This document shows, piece by piece, positions 11,200 through 25,659 of a stretch of 64,000 bases of DNA. The stretch lies in the NCBI RefSeq assembly GCF_009914755.1, contig NC_060947.1; one strand, written 5' to 3'. This stretch comes from the human T2T-CHM13v2.0 reference genome, Homo sapiens. Each line of letters starts with the position of its first letter. Position 1 is the first letter of the stretch. The position numbers and the translations under genes are program-made. The notes beneath the pieces were generated by a model that saw nothing but the letters and a program-made list of their open reading frames with translations, was not told where the DNA came from and searched no databases.

Positions 11200-14100
11200 C
11201 ATACAATGTTTCGCTTTCCATTCCTGAACTACTTCACTTAGAATAATAGTCTCCAATTCCATCCATGTTGCTGTGAATGCCATTATTTGATCCCTTTTTA
11301 TGGCTGAGTAGTATTCCATGGTATATATATGCCGCATTTTCTTTATCCACTCATTGATTGATGAGCATTTGGGCTGGTTTCATATTTTTGCGATTGCAAA
11401 TTGTGCTGCTATAAACATGTGTGTGCAAGTATCTTTTTTGTATAATGACTTCTTTTCCTTTGGGTAGATACCTAGTAGTGGAATTGCTGGATCAAATGGT
11501 AGACCTACTTTAAATTCTTTAAGGAGTCTCCACACTATTTTCCATAGTGGTTGTACTCGTTTACATTCCCACCAACAGTGTAAAAGTGTTCCCTTTTCAC
11601 CAAACCCACACCAACATTTATTATTTTTTGATTTGTTGATTATGGCCATTCTTGCAGGAGTTAGGTGGTATTGCATTGTGGTTTTGATTTGGATTTCCCT
11701 GATACTTAGTGATGTTGAGCATTTTTCCATATGCTTGTTGACCGTTTGTATATCTTCTTTTGAGATGTCAATTCATGTCCTTAGCTCAGTTTTTGATAGG
11801 ATTGTTTGTTTTTTTCTTGCTGATTTATTTCAATTCTTTGTAGATTCAGGATATTAGTCCTTTTTCAGATGTGTAGATTGTGAAGATTTTCTCCCACTCT
11901 ATGGGTTGTCTGCTTACTCTGATGGTTATTTCTTTTGCTGTGCAGAAGCTTTTTAGTTTAATTAAGTCCCATCTATTTATATTTGTTTTTGTTGCATTTG
12001 CTTTTGGGTTCTTGGTCATGAAGTCTTTGCCTAAGCCAATATCTAGAAGGGTTTTTCCAACGTTATCTTCTAAAATGTTTATGGATTCAGGCCTTATATT
12101 CAAGTCTTTGATCCATCTTGAGTTGATTTTTGTATACAGCAAGAGATGAGGATCCAGTTTCATTCTTCTACATGTGGCTTGCCAATTATCCCCCCACCAT
12201 TTGTCAAATAGGGTGTCCTTTCCACACTTTATGTTTTTGTTTGCTTTGTCAAAGATCAGTTGGCTGTAAGTATTTGGGTTTATTTCTGGGTTCTCCATTC
12301 TGTTCTATTGGTCTATGTGCCTATTTTTATACTAGTGCCATGCTGTTTTGGTGACTATGGCCTTATACCATAGTTTGAAGTTAAGTAATACGATGTCTCC
12401 AGATTTGTTCTTTTTGCTTAGTATTGCTTTGGCAATGCAGGCTCTTTTTTGGTTCCATACGAATTTTAGGATTTTTTTTTTTTTTTTTTTTTTTAGTTCT
12501 GTGAAGAATAATGGTAGTATTTTGATGGGAATTGCATTGAATTTGTAGATTGCTTTTGGCAATATGGTCATTTTCACAATGTTGATTCTACCCATCCATG
12601 AGCATGGGATGTGTTTCCATTTGTTTGTGTCATCTATGATTTCTTTCAACAGTGTTTTGTAGTTTTCTTTGTAGAGGTCTTTCATGTCCTTGGTTAGGTA
12701 TATTCCTAAGTATTTTATCTTATTTTATTTTTTGCAGCTATTGTAAAAGTGGTTGAGTTCTTGATTTGATTATCAGCTTGGTCACTGTTGGTGTATAGAA
12801 GAGCTACAGATTTGTGTACGTTAATTTTGTATTCAGAAACTTTGCTAAATTCATTTACCAGTTCTAGGAGCTTTTTGGATGAGTCTTTAGGGTTTTTTAG
12901 GTATGCAATCATACAGTCAGCAGACAGCAACAGTTTGACTTCCTCTTTACAGATTTGGATGTCCTTTCTTTCTTTCTCTTCTCTGATTGCTCTGGCTAGG
13001 ACTTCTAGTACTATGTTGAATAGGCATGGTGAAAGTGGGCATCCTTGTCTTGTTCCAGTTCTCAGGGGAAATGCTTTTAACTTTTCCCCATTCAGTATAA
13101 GGTTGGCTGTGGATTTGTCATAGATGGCTTTTATTACCTTAAGGCATGTCCCTTCTATGCCGATTTTGCTGAGGGTCTTAACCATAAAGGGATACTGGAT
13201 TTTGTCAAATGCTTTTTCTGCATCTATTAAGATGATCATGTGATTTTTGTTTTTAATTCTGTTTATGTGGTGTATCACATTTATTGACTTACATATGTTA
13301 AACCATTCCTGAATTGTTGGTATAAAACCCACTTCATTATGGTGGATTATCTTTTTCATATGCTGTTGGATTTTGTTAACTAGTATTTTGGTGAAGATTT
13401 TTGCATTTATGTTCATCAGGGATATTGGTCTGTAGTTTTCTTTTTTTGTTATGTTCTTTCCTGGTTTTGGTGTTAGGGTGATGCTGGCTTCATAGAATGA
13501 TTTAGGGAGGATTCCCTCTTTCTCTATCTTTGGAATAGTGTCAATAGGATTAGTGCCAATTCTTCTTTGAATGTCTGATAGAATTCAGCTGTAAATCCAT
13601 CTGGTCCTGAACTTTTTTTGGTTGGCAATTTTTTTTATTACCATTTCAATCTCACTGCTTGTTATTGGTCTGTTCAGAGACTCTATATCTTCCTGGGTTA
13701 ATCTAAGAGGGTTGTATATTTCCAGAAATTTATCCATCTCTTCTAAATTTCCTAGTTTATGCATGTAAAGGTGTTCATAGTAGCTTTGAATAATCTTTTG
13801 TATTTCTGTGGTATCAGTTGTAATATCTCCCCTTTCATTTCTAATTGAGCTTATTTGGATCTTCTCTCTTCTTTTCTTGGTTAATCTTGCTAATGGTCTA
13901 TCAATTTTATTTATCTTTTCAAAGAACCAAGTTTCATTTCATTCATCTTTTGTATGTTTTTGTTTCAATTTTATTTAGTTCTGCTCTGATCTTCATTATT
14001 TCTTTTCTTCTGCTGGGTTTAGGTTTGGATTGTCCTTGTTTCTCCAGTTGTGTAAGGTGTGACCTTAGATTGCCTATTTATGATCTTTTAGACTTTTGAT

Positions 14101-15030
14101 GTAGGCATTTAATGCTATGAACTTTCCTCTTAGCACCACTTTTCCTGTATCCCAGAGGTTCTGATAGGTTGTGTCACTATTATCGTTCAGTTCAAAGAAT
14201 TTTTTAATTTACATCTGGATGTCATTGTTGACCCAATGATTATTCAGGAGCAGGTTATTTAATTTCCATGTATTTGCATGTTTTTGAGAGTTCCTTTTGG
14301 AGTTAATTTCCAATTTTATTTCACTGTGGTCTGAGAGAGTACTTGATGTAATTTTGATTTTCTTAAATTCACTGAGACTTGTTTTGTGACCTATCATATG
14401 GTCTATCTTAGAGAATGTTCCATGTGCTGATGAATAGAATGTATATTCTGCAGTTGTTGGGTAGAATGATCTGTAAATATCTGTTAAGTACATTTGTATA
14501 GTTTAAGTCCATTGTTTCTTTGTTGACTTTCTGTCTTGATGACCTGTCTAGCGCTGTCAGTGGAGTATTAAAGTCCCCCACTGTTATTGTGTTGCCATCT
14601 ATCTCCAGATAGACTGCAGACTTCTTAGGTCTATCAGTAATTGTTTTATAAATTTGGGAGCTCCAGTATTAGGTGCATATGTATTTAGAATTGTGATATT
14701 TTCCTGTTAGACTAGTCCTTTTATTATTACATAATGTCCCTCTTTGTCTTTTTTAACTGCTGTTGCTTTAAAGTTTGTTTTGACTAGTTTAAGAATAGTT
14801 ACTCCCGCTTGAGTTTGGTGTCCATTTGCATGGAATATCTTTTTCCACCCCTTTACCTTAAGTTTATGTGAGTCCTTATGTGTTAGGTGAGCCTCCTGAC
14901 CACAGCAGAAACTTGGTTGGTGAATTCTTATCCATTCTGCCATTCCGTGTATCTTTTAAGTGGAGCATTTAAGCCATTTACACTCAATGTTAGTGTTGAG
15001 ATGTGAGGTATTATACTATTGTATTCATCA
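11200..15030 (-). pseudogene. L1 ORF2 (endonuclease, RT, C-terminal Cys domain), disrupted
   Basis: SKIDHMIGHK/SDHSEI (EN), [10 protein letters not shown] (RT), FADD degraded to SADC, HCWWEC; split by stops and frameshifts. Confidence 0.9.
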
Positions 15031-15117
15031 TGCTACTTGTTGTCTGAATACTTTGTGTTTTTTTTTCATTGTATTATTGTTATATAGGCTCTGTGAAATG
15101 TATTCTTTAAGGAGGTT

Positions 15118-17160
15118 CTATTTTGGTGTATTTTGAGGATTTGTTTCAAGATTTAGAGCTCCTTTTAGCAGTTCTTGTAGGTCTGGCTTGGTAGTGGCAA
15201 ATTCTCTCAGCATTTGTTTGTCTGGAAAAGACTGTATCTTTCCTTCATTTATGAAGTTTAGTTTCTCTGGATACAAAATTCTTGGCTGATTATTGTTTTG
15301 TTTAAGGAGGCTAAAAATAGGACACCAATCCCTTCCAGCTTGTAGGGTTTCTACTGAGACATCTGCTGTTAATCTGATAGCTTTTCCTTTACAGGTTACC
15401 TGATGCTTTTTCCTCACACCTCTTGATTCTTTATCTTGACTTTAGATAACTTGATGACTATGTGCCTAGGCAATGATCTTTTTGTGATGAATTTCTCAAG
15501 TGTTCTTTGAGCTTCTTGTATTTGGATGTCTAGATCTCTAGCAAAGCTGAGGAAGTTTTCCTCAATTATTCTCTCAAATTTGTTTTCCAAACTTTTAGAT
15601 TTCTGTTCTTGCTCGGGAACACCAATTATTCTTAGGTTTGGATGTTTAACATAATCCCAGACTTATTGGAAACTTCGTTCGTTTTTTAAAATTCTTTTTT
15701 ATTTGTCTTTGATGGATTGGGTTAATTTGAAAGCCTTGTCCTTCCTATTATGACTAACCCCTAGGGCTCAAAGATCAGGGAAGACTGGAAAATCTGAGAT
15801 GTAGGCTGCAGACAGTTATGGTTGGTAACTTAACCTTTGGTCACATACACACCATCAGGTCAGTACTTTTCCTTTTGGAAATCACTTGTTACCTAGGTAA
15901 CCAATCAACTAACTCTCTCTAATCTGGATGCTAGATCCCTAAATATATCATCACTTCTTATTTATATTCCTTTACAGAATAAGTGGAGCTAAAACTCTTC
16001 CTTATTACAAGTCCAGCACTCCTGTGTTAGATATGTAATATAACAGTGATTGACGCCCATCACAGAGAAGTTAGTGCCTAGTTGACCAATGGTATGGAGA
16101 CTTTCCTGGAAATTCCTAAATGAGGGTTTGAAACACAGAAGTGAAGGCAATTTGGGAAAATTGTTCTTCCAGGTAGTAAAATTTGTGTAAATTAAACTGT
16201 GTATTTACAAAATGACCTTTGATGAAGTTGATAAGTATCCACAAAGACTCAAAGAGGCATCTGTTGGAGGAGAAAAAGAAATTTCTTTCAGCAAGAGGTA
16301 GAGCAGACCTGTGGCATTTGCATACTTCGTAGTCCTCACCACACTCTCACTCTTACCATCTCCATGATCAACAAATCACCCCCACTTCCTCTCCTCCCTC
16401 CCTCATGGCTTTGGGTGTTCTTTCATAAATTTTCTTCCTGTCATTTGTATTGTTAACCTGATTTAATGAAGATAAATTCATAAATTCCACAGGCACTACT
16501 GTGGAATGGGGTGTCTCTGTAGTTGTTTTTTCCCAGAGATAACCTACTTTACAGGCTCTGAAAAATGTAGTCTGTTGGGAGTCAGTTTTTAGATAGAAGA
16601 AATTCTAGACTGTTACTATAACTTCAGAGAGGATAGCAGCCTTGGACAGAGCTCGATTAATTTTTTAAATAAGTCTTAATTGCATAGTTACTATTGCTGA
16701 AGACAATTTGAAATTGTACCAATATTCCCATATCACGTTGTATGCAAAAATAAAGTATAAAAATAACATAAAAAAAAGAAAGCCTTGTCTTCGAGATCTG
16801 AAGTTCTTTCTTCTGCTTGTTCAATGCTATTGCTGAGACTTTCCAGTGCATTTTGCATTTCTCTGAGTGTGTCCTTGACTTCCAGAAGTTGTGATTGTTT
16901 TTTATTTATGCTATCTATTTCACTAAAGAATTTTCCTTTCATGTCCTGTATCATGCTTTTTATTTCTATCAGTTGGACTTCACCCTTCTCTGGTGCCTCT
17001 TTGATTAGCTTAATAATCAACTTTCCAAATTATTTCTCTGGCAATTCAGAGATTCCGTTTTGGTTTGTATCCAATCCTGGTGAGCTGATATGATCTTTGG
17101 GGGTGTTGAAGAACCTTGTTTTGTCATATTACCAGAATTGTTTTTCTGATTCCTTCTCAT
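15118..17160 (-). pseudogene. L1 ORF1 (coiled coil, RRM, CTD), disrupted and split by a 1-kb insertion
   Basis: GKAIRLTADVS...PRILYP (15118-15417); coiled coil ...LEDKAF (16733-17020). Confidence 0.88.
15741..16777 (+). pseudogene. Retrotransposed non-repeat insertion (processed 3'-UTR retrocopy or orphan L1 3' transduction); source unidentified
   Basis: Exact 12-bp TSD GAAAGCCTTGTC (15729-15740, 16778-16789); AATAAA at 16749-16754; A8 at 16770-16777; no recognisable repeat and no ORF. Confidence 0.85.
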
Positions 17161-18116
17161 TTGGGTAAACTAGGTCAGAAGGAGATCTGGGATTCAAGGG
17201 CTGCTGTTGAGATTCTTTTGTCCCACAGGGTGCTTCCTTGATGTAGTGTTCACCCCCTTCCCCTGAGAGCTAAACTGTAGTGATTGTTTTTGCTCTTCTG
17301 GGTCTAGCCACCCCGTGGCACTACTGGGCTCCAGGCTGGTACTGGGAAGTGTCTACAAAGAATGCTGTGATGTAATCCATCTTCAGGTTACTCAGCTGCG
17401 GATACCAGCACCTGCTCTGGTGGAGGTAGCAGGGGAGTGAAGTGGACTCTGAGGGTCCTTGGTTGTGTTTTTGTTTAGTGCGCTGGTTTTGTGTTGCTTG
17501 GCCTCCAGCCAGGAGGTGGTACTTTCAAGAGTGCATCAGCTGCAGTCCTATAGGGAGGATGCAAACTTGCCCTAGGGACACCTTGTTAAGTATTTAAGTT
17601 TCTCAAGTGGTGGGGAGGGCCATAGCGCTCCCTGGTAGCTACCAGGGCAGGTAGAGAAAGACTACCAGGTTGGGGCACAGATAGGCCTGTCTGAGCTCAG
17701 CCTCTCCTTGTGCGGGGCTTGCTGTGGCTGCTGTGGGAGTAGGGGTGTGGTTCTCAGTTCAATAGAGTTATAGTCCCAGGGGGATTATGGCTGCCTCTGC
17801 TGAGTCATGCAGGTTGTCAGGGAAGTGGGGGAAGGCTGGCAGTCACAGGCAGTTGGTGACCCAGGCTAAGAACTTGCCGCAGACCACAAGCCTCCCTATT
17901 GAGAATGCAACCAGACTCACAGTTTTTTGGCATCTCAGAGAGCCTGCAGCTGTGATCCATTTCCTTCAAAGGATCTGTGAATTCTCTCAGCTTTCCTGGT
18001 ATATTCCTGTGGTCACATTTGGAGTAAAAGTTCACAATGTGAGTCTCCACACACTGCTGTGTCCATCCGAGTGGGAGCTGCAAGCTAGTCCTGCCTCCTA
18101 TCTGCCATCTTAATCC

Positions 18117-18799
18117 TCATTCAAATTTTTATTTTATGAATCATGCTTTTGTTGTGCATTTTAAAACTTGTTGTCTAACCCAAGGTCACAAAAGATTTTC
18201 TGTATTTTATTTAAAAGTTTTATATTGAATCTATGATCGATTTTTAGTCTATTTTGTATCAAATGTGAGATACAGAATGTGGTTCATTTTTATGCCTATG
18301 ATGTCCATTTGTTCTAATGTCATTTGCTGGTAATATTGTTCTTTCTCCATTTAATGCTTTTGTATCAATTGGCCATATTTGAGTGGGTCTATTTCTGAAT
18401 TCTATACCCTGTCCCATTGATCTTGTGTCTGTCTTTTCACCAATACCGCACTGACTTGATTACTGTAGCTTTAGAGTAAGTCATGAAATCAGGTAGTGTG
18501 AATCCCTCAACTTTGTTTTCCTTCTTCAAAATTATTTTGTCTATTCTTGTTGCTTTATCTTTCAATACAATCAGCATTAGATATCTACAAAAAATTCTGG
18601 CTAGAAATTTGATTGTGTTTGTGTTAAATCTATAGGTCAGTCCAGGGAGAATTGACATCTTACAATGTTGGGTCTTCTGACACATGATCATTGTATATTT
18701 TTTCACTAATTTAGGACTTATTTGAGTTTTTCATCATTGTTTTGTAGTTTTAAGCATCCAGATACTGCACATTTGTAGATTTATAAATATTTCATTTTT
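18117..18799 (-). mobile_element. Old L1M ORF2 fragment (host continuation)
   Basis: ORF 18437-18706 resembles ORF2 (KMSILP...TLPDF..Y.KATVIKSVRYW). Confidence 0.85.
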
Positions 18800-19765
<966 letters not shown>

Positions 19766-19919
19766 TGTTTCATTTTTATTATAACTATTTTAAATGGTAT
19801 GCTGAAAAATTGTGGGTTTCAATAGTTCATTTCTTATACCTACAAAGATAATGTATTTTTGTATATTATCTTTATATCCTAGAACCTTGTAAAACTCATT
19901 AATTACTTCAAGGAGCTTT

Positions 19920-21500
19920 AACTTTTATAATGTGTTTTAATTGTTTTTTGATAATCTTTCAAGGCATTATTTTATACATTCAACTTTCTTTTAGATTTAC
20001 CCATATATTTGCCATTTTCTTTGCTCTTATTTCCTTTTCACGTCTCATATTTTCCATCTCACTTTTATTCTTCTTGAAGTATATCCTTCATGCTTTATCG
20101 TTTGTACTTTTTCCTGATGAAAAACTTTCTCAATTTCTTAATATGAAAATGTATTCATTCTGCTATCATTCTTCAAAGACATTTTCTCTTGGTGTATAAT
20201 TCTAGACTGTAGTTACTTTCTTTCAATACATTGAAAAAGATCAATTCACTTCCATCTGCCTTCCATTGCTGCTATTGAGGGGTCAACTATCAGTATAAAT
20301 GCCACTCTTTTGAATGTCATCTGTCTTATTTTCTGGGCCTACATTTTTGTTTTCCTTTTGTCTTTGCTGTTCTTCATTTTCACTGTTAGGGGTAGGTAGA
20401 AATATTTTTAAATATCTCACTTGAAATTAAGGGGCTTCTGGAATTGTGGGTTAATGTATTTCATCAGCTGTAGAAAATTTTTACTATATTTTCATTCTCT
20501 CTCTATTGTACTTTAGGATTCTACACGAATGATTGTTAGATGTTTTCTCTCTATCACCCCATGTCTCTTAATCTCTTGTTTTATTTTCCATCCTTTATTT
20601 TCTCTGTGTTGAATTCTGGATAATTTTTTCAGACTTATTTTCAAATTCACCAGTTATCTTTTTATCCATGAGTAATCTGCTAATAATTTTATACATTATC
20701 ATATATCCATATATATATTCATTTCTAGAAGTTATAACTTTTCCAAATCTGTTGGAAATCTGGTTCTTTTCCAAATCTGTTGTCACTTTATAAGGTTTCC
20801 TGTTTGCACAGATACTTTGTCTTTTATTTATGTAAATATTGAAAGCATAGTTGTTTTACAACCCTTGACTGATAATTCCAGTATCTGGAGACTTCGTGAA
20901 TTTTGTTTTGTTGTCTATTATTTCTGTTTGTCCTCATGCACCGTGCTTTCTTTTTGTGTGAATAGCACTGTTTGATGCTAAAATATTTTTGAAAAATTAT
21001 TTGTAGGAAAAAATTTGAGTTCTGGTATGAAAGGTACTTCTTCAAAAGAAAATGCACATTTGCTAAAGCCAAATATCTGAAGACACTATCTGTTCAAAAT
21101 CACTCAGACTAAATTCAACGCTTGAGGGGTTTGGGCTTGTTTTGGCATTTCAAAAGATGTCAATTTCAGCTAACAGTACATTCAAAGCCCAATTTACTTC
21201 TGCTTCACCCTGACTGAACGGTAGAGCCCTTTGGAATTTCAGCTTAAAATGGAGAAGATCTCCTCTTAGACTCCCCACCTTGGGCAGGCGATGTCACCTT
21301 GGCTGTTAAAGTTCCAATTTCTCCAGATTGGCAAAGACCTTCAATGGCCTCTGGGCTCCCCGTACCTCTCTGGGTTCCTGCTTTCCCTTCAAGTTTGCCC
21401 TAGAAATTCTTCACTCTCTTTCAGCTTTTCAATGTTTTTTAAAAACATTTTATTTCTTGCATTTTATCCATAATATATAGGGTTTTCTCCCTGCAAAAAG
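19920..21500 (-). mobile_element. Ancient L1M 5'/ORF1 region or HAL1-like remnant
   Basis: T-rich strand bias; ORF1-like fragments (ITGEFENKSEKIIQN). Confidence 0.55.
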
Positions 21501-23094
21501 ATTGGTCCAAATAACCTAATTGAACATTACTAGAAACAAATTAATGGATAATATTTAGAGAAAAGCCCCATTACAGATTGGAATTGTATAGGTCCTGATG
21601 TGACAAGGCTACAGTGCATTATTTTTATTTATTTTCAGTTTGTTTTTGTGAGGAGGGGGTGCCCATTCCAGTTTCTGCAAACAACAACCTTATTTTAGGG
21701 GAAAAATGAAACATTCAATAGCAGTCTTTGTCTTTTGGTATCAGCAATGAAAAGATTTTCTTCCCCATCTATTAGTGGGGGAAGGGTCAAAAACATTTTT
21801 TACTCTATCAGTTTCTCTTTTCAGACATATTTATATAATTTTACAATTTCCTTTATGTTACAAAATATTTGTTAGCAATTCTCAAATTTACCTTTCCTAT
21901 TTTGCGCTTACATGTCTTTGTTATTCCTCTTTCCTGCTTTTCTCTTATTTGTATGAGGACAAGGGTTAAGGTTTGCACGTTCCTTTTTATGGTCTTTTTT
22001 GTGGGAGGCACAGAGGGATGAAGGAGAACTTTATATTTTTCCTGTCTTACTTGGACTTTTGGTCTGCTAGCCTATATTTTTTAATTCACTTTCTTTGTTT
22101 TTCTGGGAAAGCTATCAAGTGCTGATGCAGAAGTTTCTCTGAGTTTTATGGTGATGGGATTGGATTCAGAAAAAAATTTTAAAGGTAAATAAATAAGGGA
22201 GGATTATAAGAAGTTTCGAAGAAACTACAAGTCAGACTTTTTGTAACAACTGGATTATCTCATCTATTAATAAATCCAACTTCATCAAGCAATAACTTGC
22301 TGCTCTCTCATTATAATCAATGCTTAAAAAGTGTTCCTAGTCTTGTCATTCGTGAGTCACCACTATTAAAAACTGCACTACCTAGGGGTTTTGTGAAGAA
22401 GGGAGACTCCACCCATATACACCCACACTGAATGAATCAAGAGTTGATACTTGAGAAAATAAAAGATAAGTAACAAGCCAAAATATGACAGAAGAGGCTG
22501 ATACAAACAAAAAGATATCAAGCAGAAAAAAAATTAATGAGATATAAAATTAATAATTATTTGGGATTATTAAAACATTGGAGGCCATATTGTCACTTCA
22601 TTACAAGCTATGCATGTCTATAAATTATCTAGGACCTCCAGTTTTCTAGATGAGATATTACACCTTCACTGTGAATTCTCTTTATTTCTCCTAAATTCAG
22701 TGATCCTCTGTTCTGATGGAGCCTTAGGAGATCCACTCTAATAATATGTTTCATCACAGTCATTCGAAAAGCTAGTAAGAGGTATCATAAGAAAAAATTC
22801 CTCATTAAATTAGACTGGGAAATACCAAATTAAACAAAGTCAACCAATTTTCTCTAGTGTACATTTCCTTGAGCCTTCAGCATGCTAATTGGCTTGACAA
22901 ATCTCTAAGAGAGAAGTTAGTATATAGTAATCCTTTTTTATTGAGCATGTCTTGGAACACATGCTCTGTGGAACATGCTGCGAGAAATTTAGCTGTAAAG
23001 TGTAGAGTGAGAATTTTGAAAAAGAGGGAGAGAAAAATCTATTTCTTCATCCTGTTGGAAGTTACATTACCAGTAAAGCCCTAAGAGTCTTTAT

Positions 23095-23240
23095 CTCATT
23101 TTCTAATATTGTGTGTAACACATTCATTATCCTTGGAAATCTAAGATATTGAAAAGTTAAGTAACTTGTCCAAGATCATACATTTGTAAGCGGAAGAACT
23201 AGGATTTGAGTTCAGAGGTTCTTGATTCATGCCCTTAACA
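23095..23240 (-). mobile_element. MIR fragment
   Basis: AGTTAAGTAACTTGTCCAAGATCA core. Confidence 0.7.
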
Positions 23241-24069
23241 GTATATCTATCAAAAAATCTTTCTGGTGTTTACACCCATTCCTGAGTAAGAACAATTCTT
23301 GTAAGAAAATGTACATAAACACATAAATTTCCACAGGTCGCTGACATTCTGATGGTTAAGACAACTGTGTCATCAGGGATGGATTGAATGTTACAAAATG
23401 TGTTTGGGTGTTTGTCCTGTACATACATTTTGATTAACTGGCCTAGCACACAGGTACAATTTAGAAGGACCTAACCTTCCACCTTGCTCATCAGGAATGA
23501 GAAAAATGCCTATGGCATTCATAAAGTACACCAGTCTACATAGCTTCTTCTATCACTGGGAGGGAATAGGGTCCAGTTTCACCAGCAGCATCTCCCTTCT
23601 GTCTGCTCCTCATGTATTCATTCTCTTTTACATCCCTTCCTGATTCTAATCCAAGTTTCTGTTTTAGAAGTGATTATCAAGTAAAAAAATTGCTGGTGGA
23701 ATTCTTATGTGGTTCATGTTAGACGTGAGATTTACAGAGAACTTGACAGGTACCAAGTCTCATTCCTTTTAAATGATACACTAAACGTGCCCAGAGATGT
23801 TTCAGATTGTCCCAGGAACATACATACCAGGATTCGTTAGGGCATGATGTTTATCTGTGCATCCAAGTTGAAATGGTGAAAGACTTGCATATGATTCCTT
23901 CCAAGTCCTCAACAATTTATTTTTAAGGAGACAAGGTTTTATATTTAAACCAAATCCAAAAACCCCCACAAGTACAATAATAGAGAATCGGTTAAATAAA
24001 ATATGACAAAAGATCAAAAAGTCTTTAAAATGTTTATAGGTTGTTAATGATAAGGAGAAACACTCATGA

Positions 24070-24145
24070 TGCAACTTACTCATTCTGCAAATATTTATTT
24101 AGCATGTACTATGTATCAGGCTTTCTTTTAAAGACTGGGGACAGA
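24070..24145 (-). mobile_element. L2 fragment (host of the HERV-W retrocopy; resumes at 27000-27570)
   Basis: CAAATATTTATTTAGCATGTACTATGTATCAGGC. Confidence 0.7.
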
Positions 24146-25038
24146 CTGAATAGAAATAAGCGGCCCCCTCGTCCATGCCCCTTTTGTCAAAGGAATCACT
24201 GGAAGGCCCACTGCCCCAGGGGACGAAGGTCCTCTGAGTCAGAAGCCACTAATCAGATGATCCAGCAGCAGGACTGAGGGTGCCCGGGGCAAGTGCCAGC
24301 CCATGCCATCACCCTCACAGAGCCCTGGGTATGCATGACCATTGAGGTCCAGGAGGTTAACTGCCTCCTGGACACTGGCACAGCCTTCTCAGTCATACTC
24401 CTCTGTCCTGGACAACTGTCCTCCAGATCTGTCACTATCCAAGGGGTCCTAGGACAGGCAGTCACTAGATAACTTCTCCCAGCCACTAAGTTGTGACTGG
24501 GGAACTTTACTCTTTTCACATGTCTTTTTAATTATGCCTGAAAGCCCCACTCCTTTGTTAGGAAGAGACATTCTAGCAAAAGCAGGAGCCATTATACACT
24601 AGAATTAGGGAAAAGAAAAGAGTAAATATATATACAGATTCTAAGTATGCTCACCTAGTCCTCCAAGCCCACGTAGCAATATGGAGAGAAAGGGAATTCC
24701 TAACTTCTGAGGGAACACCTATCAAACATCAGGAAGACATCAGGAGATTATTATTGGCTGTACAGAAACCTAAAGAGGTGGCAGTCTTACACTGCCAGGG
24801 GCATTAGAAAGGAAAGGAAAAGGAAATAGAAGGGAACCGCCAAGCGGATATTGAAGCCAAAAGAGCCGCAAGGCAGGACCCTCCATTAGAAATGCTTATA
24901 GAAGGACTCCTAGTATGGGGTAATCCTCTCTGGGAAAACAAGCCCCAGTACTCAGCAGAAGAAATAGAATGGGGAAGTTCATGAGGACATAGTTTCCTCC
25001 CCTCAGGATGGCTAGCCACCGAAGAAGGAAAAATACTT

Positions 25039-25659
25039 TTGCCTGCAGCTAACCAATGGAAATTACTTAAAAGCCTTCACCAGACCTTTCACTTAGGCAT
25101 TGACAGCACCCATCAGATGGCCAAATCATTATTTACTGGACCAGGCCTTTTCAAAACTATCAAGCAGATAGTCAGGGCCTGTGAAGTGTGCCAAAGAAAT
25201 AATCCCCTGCCTTATCACCAAGCTCCTTCAGGAGAACAAAGAACAGGCCATTACCCAGGAGAAGACTGGCAACTAGATTTTACCCACATGCCCAAATCTC
25301 AGGGATTTCAGTATCTACTAGTTTGGGTAGATACTTTCACTGGTTGGGCAGAGGCCTTGCCTTGTAGGACAGAAAAGGCCCAAGAGGTAATAAAGGCACT
25401 AGTTCATGAAATAATTCCCAGATTCGGACTTCCCCGAGCCTTACAGAGTGACAATGGCCCCGCTTTCAAGGCTGCAGTAACCCAGGGAGTATCCCAGGCG
25501 TTAGGCATACAATATCACTTACACTGTTCCCGGAGGCCACAATCCTCAGGAAAAGTTGAGAAAAAGAACAAAACACTCAAACGACATCTAAAAAAGCTAA
25601 CCCAGGAAACCCACCTCGCATGGTCTGCTCTGTTGCCTATAGCCTTACTAAGAATCTGA
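25039..25659 (+). pseudogene. HERV-W integrase open segment (206 codons)
   Basis: HQTFH...CEVC zinc domain, WQLDFTH, SDNG, KVE; begins at TTG; ends at a premature TGA; C-terminus continues in ORF 25747-26103. Confidence 0.9.

Larger units (their letters stand above)
10930..18116 (-). mobile_element. Near full-length L1PB (L1PB1/L1PBa-like) LINE-1, interrupted at 15741-16777
   Basis: T-rich tail ~10930-10975; 5' end GATTAAGATGGCAGATAGGAGG at ~18116; ORF1 and ORF2 fragments in the ORF track; degenerate TSD CTCAT..AAA.TT. Confidence 0.92.

Noticed and set aside
12715-13416. 233-aa RT ORF as an active L1
   Set aside because: Catalytic FADD reads SADC; ORF1 and ORF2 have many stops and a 1-kb insertion.
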